From: Neoechinorhynchus agilis | Taxonomy: Eukaryota; Animalia; Acanthocephala | Assembly (NCBI GenBank): GCA_051530055.1 | Contig: CM121343.1 | Coordinates: 1,706,389 to 1,770,388, forward strand | Length of the DNA stretch: 64,000 bases | Direction: 5' to 3' | Shown: in pieces, positions 12,127-24,500 of the stretch | How positions within the stretch are numbered: the stretch's first letter is position 1 | Layout: each line of letters opens with the position of its first letter | Notes under the pieces: generated by a model | Told to the model about the DNA's origin: nothing | Databases searched by the model: none | The model's input: only the letters and a program-made list of their open reading frames with translations | Program-made: the position numbers and the translations under genes

Positions 12127-14030
12127 TAAGAATTGTTTTAGTTTTTACAAAGTGATCTGGCGACTTAAAAACTTTCAAACAATTCTGAAGAAGTGCCACG
12201 TTGAGGACGAAGTTTTAATAAAATTAATTCACTTCGCTTTGACCAAAACAATCCATGAATAACCTCTTAAAACAATTCATTGTTTTTTTTTCGGTCAAAG
12301 TGAAGAAATTTTATTAGTATTTCGTCCTCTGCGTAGAATTTAAGAATTGTTTTAGTTTTTACAAAGTGATCTGACGACTTAAAAACTTTCAAACAATTCT
12401 GAAGAAGTGCCACGTTGAGGACGAAGTTTTAATAAAATTAATTCACTTCGCCTTGACCAAAACAATCCATGAATAACCTCTTAAAAAATTCATTGTTTTT
12501 TTTGGTCAAAGTGAAGAAATTTTATTAGTATTTCGTCCTCTGCGTAGAATTTAAGAATTGTTTTAGTTTTTACAAAGTGATCTGACGACTTAAAAACTTT
12601 CAAACAATTCTGAAGAAGTGCCACGTTGAGGACGAAGTTTTAATAAAATTAATTCACTTCGCCTTGACCAAAACAATCCATGAATAACCTCTTAAAAAAT
12701 TCATTGTTTTTTTTGGTCAAAGTGAAGAAATTTTATTACTATTTCGTCCTCTGCGTAGAATTTAAGAATTGTTTTAGTTTTTACAAAGTGATCTGACGAC
12801 TTAAAAACTTTCAAACAATTCTGAAGAAGTGCCACGTTGAGGACGAAGTTTTAATAAAATTAATTCACTTCGCCTTGACCAAAACAATCCATGAATAACC
12901 TCTTAAAAAATTCATTGTTTTTTTTGGTCAAAGTGAAGAAATTTTATTACTATTTCGTCCTCTGCGTAGAATTTAAGAATTGTTTTAGTTTTTACAAAGT
13001 GATCTGACGACTTAAAAACTTTCAAACAATTCTGAAGAAGTGCCACGTTGAGGACGAAGTTTTAATAAAATTAATTCACTTCGCCTTGACCAAAACAATC
13101 CATGAATAACCTCTTAAAAAATTCATTGTTTTTTTTGGTCAAAGTGAAGAAATTTTATTACTATTTCGTCCTCTGCGTAGAATTTAAGAATTGTTTTAGT
13201 TTTTACAAAGTGATCTGGCGACTTAAAAACTTTCAAACAATTCTGAAGAAGTGCCACGTTGAGGACGAAGTTTTAATAAAATTAATTCACTTCGCCTTGA
13301 CCAAAACAATCCATGAATAACCTCTTAAAAAATTCATTGTTTTTTTGGTCAAAGTGAAGAAATTTTATTACTATTTCGTCCTCTGCGTAGAATTTAAGAA
13401 TTGTTTTAGTTTTTACAAAGTGATCTGGCGACTTAAAAACTTTCAAACAATTCTGAAGAAGTGCCACGTTGAGGACGAAGTTTTAATAAAATTAATTCAC
13501 TTCGCCTTGACCAAAACAATCCATGAATAACCTCTTAAAAAATTCATTGTTTTTTTTCGGTCAAAGTGAAGAAATTTTATTACTATTTCGTCCTCTGCGT
13601 AGAATTTAAGAATTGTTTTAGTTTTTACAAAGTGATCTGGCGACTTAAAAACTTTCAAACAATTCTGAAGAAGTGCCACGTTGAGGACGAAGTTTTAATA
13701 AAATTAATTCACTTCGCCTTGACCAAAACAATCCATGAATAACCTCTTAAAAAATTCATTGTTTTTTTGGTCAAAGTGAAGAAATTTTATTACTATTTCG
13801 TCCTCTGCGTAGAATTTAAGAATTGTTTTAGTTTTTACAAAGTGATCTGGCGACTTAAAAACTTTCAAACAATTCTGAAGAAGTGCCACGTTGAGGACGA
13901 AGTTTTAATAAAATTAATTCACTTCGCCTTGACCAAAACAATCCATGAATAACCTCTTAAAACAATTCATTGTTTTTTTTCGGTCAAAGTGAAGAAATTT
14001 TATTACTATTTCGTCCTCTGCGTAGAACTT
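12126..14030. repeat. 211-bp tandem satellite, about 9 units; each unit is an imperfect palindrome with a degenerate hammerhead motif
   Basis: CTGAAGAAGTGCC at 12185, 12399, 12610...; arms TTTTATTAGTATTTCGTCCTC / GAGGACGAAGTTTTAATAAAA and GGTCAAAGTGAA / TTCACTTCGCCTTGACC. Confidence 0.95.
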
Positions 14031-14344
14031 AATCTGAAGAAGTCATAAGTAGAGGACAATTTCATTACACAAAACCAATGTCCATTTCGAAGTAAACCAA
14101 AGATTGAAACCGAAAAGTATGTTCGGTGATGTTGATAGGCGCATTGAAACATTCGTATCGAATGTATCGTTCACCAGATCACAGTCCGCTCAACGGCGCT
14201 TTTTAACAATGTCAGATTCTCTATTTGAAATGTTATGCATAACTTAAATGGGCCCGAGGTTGGTTTTCCAAAAAAAATTAGACGTAAAATCTTTTAGTTT
14301 TGTAAAGTCATTCCTAATTCATTGCACTCTTAAAATAATGTCCA

Positions 14345-14527
14345 TTCTAGGATTAAATCGTCCCCCGGACGCTGACCGCATTTCCTCGTTGGATTGCGAG
14401 GCTTATTCTTTGGATCAGGAAAATCTTCTTGCGTCGCTCTCCTGTTTGTGCTGCAAGTCGTCGTCCGAGTTCGGCACAAAAGCTTCGTGCCGAAGATCCC
14501 AGCGCCCGTTGTGTTTCCACGCCGAAA
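14345..14527 (-). mobile_element. 3' end of a CRE-like non-LTR retrotransposon (family A), restriction-like endonuclease C-terminus
   Basis: Translates to LGSSARSFCAELGRRLAAQTGERRKKIFLIQRISLAIQRGNAVSVRGTI*, the typical CRE-clade C-terminal AIQRGNA motif; second copy at 62893-62945. Confidence 0.8.
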
Positions 14528-15460
14528 GGAAGGAAAATGTAATTTTGTTTGTAAAGTTAAACCCTAACTTTATTTAAACCTGATCACAAGGACTTAAAGA
14601 AGTTCAGCATTAAAATCTCACTATACGTAAACTTTAATCGGTGCTCAAACCTTTGTGTATTCAAAATAATTAGCGCGCAGTTTCAAAACTCGTTTTTGAA
14701 ACGACCATTGGAACTTGAAAATAACGCAATCGCTGTAATATTTGATCATGGATGACAATCAGAAGCGCTGCCCTCAAAATCCAAGCGATGAGCCTAAAAT
14801 CTATGTCACTCGATGTGGAACAAATAGCATCAGGCTTATTTATCGACACGGCAAATATCGTTATGACGGAGTTCTGGTTAACAAACTTGCGCTGGATCTA
14901 AGAGCTCATTTAACAACGAAATAATGTTAGATTTTAGAATTATAAAATATACTCTTTAAATGAAACGCGAATTTGCACTCTCGCGCAGAAAAAGTCTGTC
15001 CCAAATGCAGTATTAAAAAAGAAATGCAATTATGCAACCGGCTCATTTTGTATGCATTCGTGTTATCATGAATAACCTGGGCTAAGATTGCAATTTACTG
15101 GTTGTTTTTCTACTCAATCTAAGATCAAGGTCGCCATACCTTTCAAACGCAAAGGAAACCATAAGCCATCTTTAAAAATTAAAATCATAAATATTTGGAA
15201 TGACGAGCACCTAATCCATGCCAAGAACCGTGAAGCAAAAATTTTAGTTTTTAAAAAGCAAGAAATGCTCGCTCGTGTTAAGTGATTGATAAAAGCGATA
15301 CTCACCATAATGATTTACTATCATCTGCGCATCGGATACGTTGGTTCCTTTTGTCGAATCCGAGTAGGCGATTTGATCACCAGCTCCAGAGATACTCGTA
15401 GCATGTACACAAAGCCGCTAGCACATCGGCAAAATGATTTACACACACACTGCTTAGTCC

Positions 15461-17344
15461 TCAAGCTCTTCTTAATCCACTACCATTTGAGGAAACGGGT
15501 TTGAATTGTCGATATCGACGTTTGTATGTGATCAGAAATAACCCCAAAGCCAGCACCAGCATGACAACCAGGGTGACGCAGATGATCACGACTGGTACCC
15601 ATTTAAAGTTGGCGATCTCACGATGCCCGACTATGTTCAATTCCGTGGACTGGGTAAATGGTGTCGGATACCGCAATGAAGGCGGAGTGGTAGTGAGCTT
15701 TCTAATTGCATCCGGCAACGGCCACACGATACCCAATGTACTACTACTGCCCCCACCACCACCACCACCACCCGCTGGTACGGCGGAGAATGCCGTTGAA
15801 TCGTCGTTTGCAGGTATCCCAGCATCACCGATATCTAGTACGACTGGCTCTACTGGTGATTGCCGATGTGGTTGTCCTTTGATTTCGGGCTGAGCAGCAG
15901 CGTTCTGTTGTCGTTGTTGATCCCTTATCATCGATAAAAGACTGCTTGAGTTCACAACCATGACATTGTTGCCGCTGTATGACTCAATGTTTTTGAGTTC
16001 CTGAAAATATATCCGCACGATGTTGCAAGTGGCATAGATTGCACATTTCTCAATCACATCTTTTTGATTACAGTGATGTGGAATTCGTTTGAGTGTTAGT
16101 ATAAAAAGAAGATGACATTCGCATGAAACTTCTACGGGTTCATTGATTTTTGCCGATACGAGTACATCGAGCTGTTTAAGCCTGGCACTGATGAACTGGG
16201 CTAGTAGGCACCGCGTGGAGTATGAGAGAATGTAAAAGTCAAGATCTCGAATATCTAGGACTTTTAGTCGATGTAGGCTATTAAGACATGCATCATCGAT
16301 GTGTCTTACACGTCCTTTGAGCTCCAGCAATTCAAGTGTGTTGGCAACTTCCACCAGTGCACCATTGTTTACTTTCTCAAGGTCTAGCATAAGCTCCTTC
16401 AGGTGGCTTAAACCAACTAATGCATTGCCATTGAGATGAAGCTGTCCACTATGAATCATGAGACCTTTTAAATTGGTGTAAGATGCAAAGGATAGACCGT
16501 CAATACTTCTGGCATTGTGGGCGAAAATGGTGTAAAAGTTCACAACGCCGTAGAACGGAAACTCGCTGGCGCTTATTTGACTAACTTGTTTACTAACAAG
16601 TAATCGATTAATATGTCCTTGAAAATTAGTGACGATTCCAGCGCTTGGGAGCATGATGCCCTCCAATCTCAACATTTGGCTAATCGAAGAATGGTTAAAT
16701 AAGTTTTCGAGGGTAATCGGGGATCCCGTAGCGAATGTTGGGACGCTTAGTGATGAAGCACTTGTGACACTCGGGGCGGTGAAGAAGGCTCCATATAATT
16801 CAAGGTGCCCTACTTTGAGATCCGAGAAGGTATCCGGATACGCGGTAACAGTTTTTTCCGAATAAAAATCGATTGAAAGTTTTGTTCGGTTTTGTATGTG
16901 CAAAGGGATCCGATCTCCGAATAGATTAGCGAATGCGAAGTTATCTAGAGCCAATACGTCGAAGCGTGGGAATGTGATATGGACCAAAAGTTGCTGGTGG
17001 TCACTGCTTGACGACGACGACGACGACACGACGGAACCTCGTTCAAAATCATTATTTCCTATACTCGTATAGTCAAGAAGTTTGTTGATAGGAGTAAAAA
17101 AATTGGCAGGAATGACAAGGGCTTTGGACTGGAAAGTCAAGCGAATCGACTTGAAGGTGTCTGAAGTCTTGACGTGTAGGCTAGTAAGTGGATCGGTGAC
17201 CTTACAATCAAGTGAGCTCGAGCATAGGCATTCCATACCTGCGATAGCGTTACATTCCCTGGCACAATTGCCAAGATGACTGATGGAAAGCAACAATAAC
17301 GACGACTTCATTAGGGCCACCGAGTAGTGATGAGTAGTGGCCAT
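15461..17344 (-). CDS. Single-pass membrane leucine-rich-repeat protein, 627 aa, intronless
   Basis: N-terminal hydrophobic signal, LRR motifs (LKGLMIHSGQL, LKELMLDLEKV, LKVLDIRDLDF), Cys-rich cap (CECHL), TM segment WVPVVIICVTLVVMLVLALGLFLI followed by KRRYR. Confidence 0.82.
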   Translation of the reverse strand: MATTHHYSVALMKSSLLLLSISHLGNCARECNAIAGMECLCSSSLDCKVTDPLTSLHVKTSDTFKSIRLTFQSKALVIPANFFTPINKLLDYTSIGNNDFERGSVVSSSSSSSSDHQQLLVHITFPRFDVLALDNFAFANLFGDRIPLHIQNRTKLSIDFYSEKTVTAYPDTFSDLKVGHLELYGAFFTAPSVTSASSLSVPTFATGSPITLENLFNHSSISQMLRLEGIMLPSAGIVTNFQGHINRLLVSKQVSQISASEFPFYGVVNFYTIFAHNARSIDGLSFASYTNLKGLMIHSGQLHLNGNALVGLSHLKELMLDLEKVNNGALVEVANTLELLELKGRVRHIDDACLNSLHRLKVLDIRDLDFYILSYSTRCLLAQFISARLKQLDVLVSAKINEPVEVSCECHLLFILTLKRIPHHCNQKDVIEKCAIYATCNIVRIYFQELKNIESYSGNNVMVVNSSSLLSMIRDQQRQQNAAAQPEIKGQPHRQSPVEPVVLDIGDAGIPANDDSTAFSAVPAGGGGGGGGSSSTLGIVWPLPDAIRKLTTTPPSLRYPTPFTQSTELNIVGHREIANFKWVPVVIICVTLVVMLVLALGLFLITYKRRYRQFKPVSSNGSGLRRA

Positions 17345-19739
17345 GATCGACTGAGGTAGCAGCTTCGGCGGCGGCGGCGACGATAGGGATTATGATTGCA
17401 ATAAGCCTTGTTAAGAAGGATGATCTAAATAGAAAAAAGCATTATTGTGTGTGAAGGGGAAAACGCGTTGAGAGAGACAACAAATCAGCTCTCGGTGTGT
17501 GTTCCATGCGCCTCCGCCCCCCCCTTCCCGCTACAACATGCGGCGGCGCGTCAGGAGGATGTACAAGAGCAGCAATCGATTGCAGCGCAGCGAGAAGAGA
17601 AGATGACGAAGCGGCCGTAAAACTTGAAACCCGATGCGGCGGAGTCCTTCGCCGGCGCGCGCTTAGTCCCGAGAATTACTCACAACTCGATAGTCAAGCT
17701 GCGGTTTCCGACACACACACACGGCCGTCTATAAATATGTGATGTATACAGAACAGATCGTATAAACTTAATACACACACACACGCTTTGGTGTGATCCG
17801 GATGCCGGATACCATAGTGGTGACGAGGATCCCCGCGTAAACAACCTCGCCAATACTGAAGCATTCTTAGGTCTTCTTCACTCGTATCCGCCGGCGCCGC
17901 GCCAATAATATCAAAAATGTTGTTCGATGCGGCAGTGGGTACAACGCGCATTGTGCCACCGCCGCAACGCAGTAGTGTAGCATTAAATATATATATATAT
18001 TTATCGTGCAGATGGAACCCGGGTTTCCGCCTCATATCTCCGTGTGGATCAATTCATGTGCTTTTCACATCAGGAAATGCCGATTCATCTCGACGAATTA
18101 CTCCCCAAATCGAAGTGAGTGTTCGGTTCATTTTATCTAATTTAATTGTTGCCCGTTAGACACCACGAGTGGCGCACACAAAGATGATGGCTTTTCATTG
18201 TCCGTCGTAGACGAAATTTTACGCACATACAAGGAAATTGAAGAATCTGGTGCGCTAAGGGCACATCTTCTAATTGTCACAAAACGTTCAAATGTGTCCA
18301 TGTCATTCTCGGATCGCAAATTCTTCTCATTTCCAACACTTGCACTAATTTATCTCTCTCAGAAATGCACCATTCAACTACGAGCTCGTCTGTTCGCTTT
18401 GTTCAAAAAATGTGTAAATTACTATTTTAGCACCGTAAAATGAAACGAAGATATCATTCCTTTATTCTTGTTCCTGAAACAATAATTTCCGATTCTGCAT
18501 TCCGAATCGAGAAAGCATTTAAAAATTAATATAAGCTCTTCCATACTAAAAAAAATCGTTTTTGTAGATTTTACCTGTCAAAACTCAATATAAGTGGTCA
18601 AATTGACTGGCGATTGAAACACGATGTCCTTATCTTAATCAAAGGGAGGGTAATGACTCGTTTGATCCTCCTTTGGTTGGCTGCAAGCGACAAGGCACAG
18701 GGATTCTATGATATCTTAACCTCTAGTCCTCTTTCTCAGCAGCTGCTGTTCTGCCCCAGTAAACCTTGACAGCCGATGTCATTCCCAGTCAAAGTGTCGA
18801 AGTATTCGGCATCCAGTAAAAGGATATCTATGTTTACCAAGGAAAAAACTTAAGAGTAGATGTGTAAATTATCGACATGCATCATCGGCCCGTTCGAAAA
18901 AATGGATAATGTGTTTCCGGTATGATATTGTCAAATTTGCGCGGCTTCACCTGTTTCAAGCAGGCTCAAAGGAAAGCTGTCGCAAAAGTGAATGACTTAT
19001 TCTCATCATAGCAACATAACGACGATGTAATGGTGCAAAGTGGGGTTCAAGTGGATACTTTCAGTAGAAATTCAACATTTCCTTTGTCTTTTTAAGAGTT
19101 GCTGTGAGAGAACAATTCGGTTCTTATCAAGTTTGACCCCTTTCTCCTTTTATTTTTATCCAGAAGTCCATCCCCGGACCCTTTGTTGACAGAACCACTT
19201 TAGCCCCGCAGCCAAAGCAAACGGTAAGCAGTTTACGTGTTTTATAAATTCAGCAATCTGAGGGATGACAAAGAAAACGAGACCGAGATGGCCCAATGAG
19301 ATCCTTAAGAACTATTCCAGGCTGTGTACTTCGATAGACTTTTGAGATAGCTATTTAAAGAAATTTTGGTAGCTTTAATGATTTGATAAATTTGAACGCT
19401 CGTAAACGGTCAGTGTAAAACCGGTAGATCAAAATGTATTTTGACGTTCACACAAATGTGCAGAATTCGATATTTGCCAAGTCTTCAAAAATAAACAATG
19501 GTTTTAAGGTCCAGATATCTTTTACAGAAATAGGCAATAAAAAGAATTCTTATTCCGTATCTATGTGCGGCCTTTTTTTCACGGCTGATAATTTTCCTTG
19601 GGCACATAGCCCACCGATCTGGTTCAATAAAGCGTATAAAATCACTTAATATCCCGCTGAACCATACGGTCAGGAAAATGTCGATATGTGAGGTACCGGG
19701 GAATGTGTTTGCAATTATTGTTTAGGTTAGACTAAACAA

Positions 19740-19815
19740 ACTAAATGATGATGAACTTGACGAGGTTCGAAACGTCTTTAATAAATAATCATTTACCGGG
19801 TGTAGACCAAAACAA
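19740..19815 (+). ncRNA. Minimal hammerhead-like motif (C3 mutated), single arm of the 20487-20640 family
   Basis: ATGATGA-T-GAAC-TTGACGAG-GTTC-GAA-ACGT-C, followed by TTTAATAAA...CCGGGTGTAGACCAAAA. Confidence 0.6.
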
Positions 19816-20486
19816 TAATTCCATTCGGTTATGAGTTTGTGCATCCTTCCCGATCCTCAGATACCTTCAGAAGACGGAGCTCATCAGTGAGTTTCCTCCC
19901 TTGGTCGGTATTTCGTCCCCTTTGGCTAAAAAAGAATTCTTAGTGAATGGTGACTTATTTACTCTCCTCAAAATCAGACTTCAAGCTGTCAGTACTATCG
20001 GCTGAACAGATAAATTATATTTAAATTTTCTTCTCAGCTCCGTGTTTAAAATTAGAAAGCGTCTCCGAACCACTTCTGCATTTATAAATTGTTTCATTTA
20101 ACCAACGGCAATAAATTTGGAGCTAATTTCTTGGAACATCTTCAAAACAAAATTATAAGGCACGATAAAAATAAATATATTCGTCCTTATAAGACAAGAG
20201 GGTGAGAGCTTTTTTCTCAAATGCATCAGGATTTATCAAGGTGTGAAAATGACTTGTCGAGCAGAGCGACTTTGCTAGACCATTCTCAAGAACTAGATTA
20301 AAATGATGATAAAATCATAAAGGACCAAAATAATTTAACCCCTCTCTAAAAAAATTTCATCGAATTGATAATTTTACTTCGTTTGGTCGACTTGTTCAGT
20401 TAGCAATTCCAATTCTTCTATTGGTATTCATCCGCCATGTCCAATGAATCAATATATAATTATAATCTGTCAATATGTGAGGAGGT

Positions 20487-20640
20487 ATTGAGGTCTCGGT
20501 AAATAATATTTTATTAAAGACATTTCGAACCTCGTCGGGTTCATCGCGCCTTTTAATAATTAACAAACTGATGATGAACCCGACGAGATTCGAAACGTTT
20601 TTAATAAAAAATTATTTACCCGGTGAAGAAGACCTACACA
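20487..20640. mobile_element. Outward-facing hammerhead palindrome; right arm has an intact core
   Basis: Right arm CTGATGA(20568)-T-GAAC..ATTC-GAA-ACGT-T; left arm is its reverse complement with a damaged core. Confidence 0.75.
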
Positions 20641-21299
20641 ATAATTCCAAGTACAACCTGCCCATAAGTCAAGTTTAAAGAATTTCCAGGTTGGGTATTT
20701 TTCCTGCACACTACACGAAATTAATCGAACATTTATAATTGTGTGAATGTTGATCCATCCTTCAGTAAAAGATGCAAAACAATTTTTGCGTCGAAGTTCA
20801 TCCATTATCCAGAATAACAACCACGGTAATTTGCGCCTAACCTGATCCCTCCTTCAGCTATCAACCAAGCCCACATTAATGTGACAGGGTACAAAATGAG
20901 GCATCTTGCGAGCCAAAGAATATTAAGTACTAAAAGAGTAAAATGCGAAGATTTCACATTAATCACAAAATCACAGACAAATAAAACACTATAAAAGGCA
21001 AATCGAACATTTCAAGGAGACACAGAGTTTGAGAATTGCAGCTGTTAATTTTCCATTCTTTAACAGAAAATTCTTAATTCGAATTTTATTAGAAACTCCA
21101 CCGATTATGAATCTATGAACGGATTCTGATTGACAAATATGCCAGTGAGTTCAAAAATAGCCAAGATTTTTGTTCAAATTTACAATCCCATCCGAGCAAA
21201 ACGTATAGAACAAAAAATATGGAATATAATTGTACGTATTAGAATTTTAGCTTTAAACAATGACATTTAGATATATGCAGCCAATAAAAATTTACTGCC

Positions 21300-22297
21300 G
21301 TGATTTGAAATAAAAATTTATAGCCAATATAAACGCTGATGATAATCTATGAATTTGTTAGAACAGAAACTTGATTATGCTTGAGTTTTAGGGACTGAAT
21401 TATCACAATCTAAAAGTGCAACGTACAAGTGTCCAGGGATGGAACCATCGTCCCCATCTTCCCGAAGATGCCTCATTTTGGTGTGGAGGCGAACACAGGT
21501 AAAACGTTGGGTTGTACAAATGCTCCAGTGATTCCTGTAGCAACGAACATACGTGAAGCACGTTTGGAAGGACTGTGGGCGGACCTGGCGTATCAGAGTA
21601 TCCGGCCCCTCGAAATGCAACGGTTGGTTTCAATCTCGCATGTCTCAAACTCTTGGGGTCTTCATGCGAAGTTCAACTGTGAAGTGTGTAAGAATCACCT
21701 TCAACAAATAACGACGAACGAAAACGCCCGGTCCTTCGACGTCGCAGTGATTTGAAATAAAATTTTATAGCCAATATAAACGCTAATGATAATCTATGAA
21801 TTTGTTAGAACAGAAACTTGATTATACTTGAGTTTTAGGGACTGAATTATCACAATCTAAAAGTGCAACGTACAAGTGTCCAGGGATGGAACCATCGTCC
21901 CCATCTTCCCGAAGATGCCTCATTTTGGTGTGGAGGCGAACACAGGTAAAACGTTGGGTTGTACAAATGCTCCAGTGATTCCTGTAGCAACGAACATACG
22001 TGAAGCACGTTTGGAAGGACTGTGGGCGGACCTGGCGTATCAGAGTATCCGGCCCCTCGAAATGCAACGGTTGGTTTCAATCTCGCATGTCTCAAACTCT
22101 TGGGGTCTTCATGCGAAGTTCAACTGTGAAGTGTGTAAGAATCACCTTCAACAAATAACGACGAACGAAAACGCCCGGTCCTTCGACGTCGCAGTGATTT
22201 GAAATAAAAATTTATAGCCAATATAAACGCTAATGATAATCTATGAATTTGTTAGAACAGAAACTTGATTATACTTGAGTTTTAGGGACTGAATTAT
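21300..22297. repeat. 447-bp tandem repeat, about 2.2 copies, containing an unidentified 108-codon open frame
   Basis: GTGATTTGAAATAAAA at 21300 and 21747; identical ORFs at 21429-21755 and 21876-22202. Confidence 0.93.
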
Positions 22298-23350
22298 CTA
22301 AAAAGTGCTACAATATAGGTCTACAGATGATTGGAGGAAATAATCATGAATTACTATATTCCATATAGCCTTAACCTCGTTCTGCCGACGATTTCGTGTG
22401 AACGATTAACATCGTCCGGTATAGAAAGTAACGATGAAACAATGTTTTCTTTACCAACCTTCTTTTTAAATTCACATCGGTTTTCAATTGTGGGTACAAT
22501 AAAGCAAATTTATCTGAAACTGATGAAATATCTGATCTGGGCATCAATGGATCTTTCTGATTTGCAATTAGTCGCTCACTTTTGACAAATCATAGCATTG
22601 TACAATTATACACCGGCGGATGCGTCTATAGGCGACGTGATCGATATAATTATGATCAAAATGAAAGTATCATAAGTTTAACTAAACGATTTCGTGTATA
22701 TGGGAACCGGATCCCCCGCAGTGGCGAATTAGCTTATTTAAAAGGTTTTTAAGCTCTATTAACGGCTAATAGTTCACAAAATGTGAAGTAGAAACATAGT
22801 TTTTTGACGAATGTCATTTTGTAAAGTCAGTGTGGTCGCTTTAAAACTAAAAGTAACAATTTCCGATCAAAAAGCACCTTATTGAAACTTCACATTCGAG
22901 TGTTTGTGGTTTGAATAGTAAACACACAAAGGCCAAGGCACTCGTAGGTGTTTAACCTCGCTCAGAACGCAAATTTTTTCTTCGTTTTTCCACATTTTCC
23001 CCTTTAACCGTCTTGATTGTAGTGACCCTCCAAAGCGGGATCTTTTTTTCACTCTCCTCATCAGTTAAAACTCTCTTACCCATCTCTGCGACGATTTTAT
23101 AATTGTTAAAGTGTTAAATCCGCACTTGAACATAGTCCGCCCAACTTTCCCCGGGGCACGTACAAGTTTGTCCGGAATTCGTGCCAATTTCCATCATCAT
23201 CATCATTCTTATTACCGAAGCGACTTCTGTATGTACGACTGCCCGTCATAATCCACACGCGTAAACGTACTTGCGGATAAACTCCCTCTCCATTTTGTGT
23301 GTTCGTGAGAGAGTGCGGGTTCATGTCTTCATTGATTGATTTTAGAATTG

Positions 23351-23725
23351 ATGGATAACACAATCAGCGCCGTCTATGAGTCCTTCAGCACTGTAAACGA
23401 GGGTTTCGAGGCCCGATTTTTAACGGATGAAATAACCGTGATCGTTTACAATGAAATGAAGCGCATTCTGGGTAACAATACATATACGGACTCAAGTGTC
23501 AATACGTGGATGAATGAAATTATCAGCGGAGTGCTCAACAACTTGATTGAGGCAACCACGGGATTCAAGTTCGTTGTTAGTTGTACCATCGTTGTTAAGA
23601 ATGGTACTCCCCTCCATATTGCTACCTCCTGCTATTGGGATAAGGAAAAGGACGGTACTTGCACCGTGAAATATGAAAATGATACCCTGTTCGCAGTTGC
23701 CACTGTCTTTGGACTGCGTACTTGA
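23351..23725 (+). CDS. DYNLT1: Dynein light chain Tctex-type, 124 aa, intronless
   Basis: FKFVVSCTIVVKNGTPLHIATSCYWDKEKDGTCTVKYENDTLFAVATVFGL is the Tctex-1 signature. Confidence 0.93.
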   Translation: MDNTISAVYESFSTVNEGFEARFLTDEITVIVYNEMKRILGNNTYTDSSVNTWMNEIISGVLNNLIEATTGFKFVVSCTIVVKNGTPLHIATSCYWDKEKDGTCTVKYENDTLFAVATVFGLRT

Positions 23726-24100
23726 AAGACAGTTACCGAGAGTGATCGGTCAGTGCATTTTAGCAATATTGATTCTCTCACAGTCTTTTCATTTTATTCG
23801 GGATGGTACTCGTATGCTTCACTGGAAGTTTACCTCTCCTTCCACCGCCCGATCAACGCTAAGGACGTGTTGAAACCACCACCACGAAATCATAGGCTTT
23901 ATCAGAGCATTTCGTCGCTTTAAGTGTAAACGCGCATTCTTACCATATCCGTGAAACCAAAAAAATTGATGGACATTTATTTTGACTCCACGTTTTAGTC
24001 GTCTTTTTTAAATTTCATAAAAACTGATCCATAAATTTTTATAGCGAATTATAATAATTGATTTATTTTTCATTCAGGATCACATTCGGGTGGAAAGATA

Positions 24101-24422
24101 TTCTTGTTGAGCCGTTCAAACCACGAAAACTGTTTTGATGTTATTTAATGTTTCATGGACAAAATCCACCTCTTCAGATATCTACAAAAATTGGTTATTT
24201 TATGGGTTACCTTAGGCTCAGGAGCGCGGGTTCGTCGTACCCGTCGAATATTTCGCAAGGGGTTCGAGCGGACACTAACTCCCCGAACCACGATTACGGC
24301 AAAACCGCTCTCTTGAGCCTAAGGTAGCCAATTTTTGTAGATATCTGAAGAGGTGGATTTTGTCCATGAAATATTAAATAACATCAAAACACTTTTCGGG
24401 CTTTGAACGGCTCAACAAGAAA
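24101..24422. mobile_element. Outward-facing hammerhead palindrome with a GC-rich structured spacer
   Basis: Arms ~24101-24235 and ~24300-24422 are reverse complements; right arm CTGAAGA(24345)-G-GTGGA-TTTTG-TCCAT-GAA-ATAT-T; left arm has the same motif on the minus strand (TCTTCAG at 24171-24177). Confidence 0.8.
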
Positions 24423-24451
24423 TGATTTATTTACTTGAATTTTCCTCCGAA

Positions 24452-24500
24452 AACAATAGACTGAAGAAGGCCTACACGAAGGTCGAAAATTATTAAATCA
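24452..24500 (+). ncRNA. Minimal type I hammerhead ribozyme motif
   Basis: CTGAAGA(24461)-A-GGCC-TACACGAA-GGTC-GAA-AATT-A; palindromic AATT stem III. Confidence 0.65.

Noticed and set aside
18660-19330. Possible decayed retroelement RT (YHRIP-like motif on minus)
   Set aside because: Single weak motif among multiple stops.
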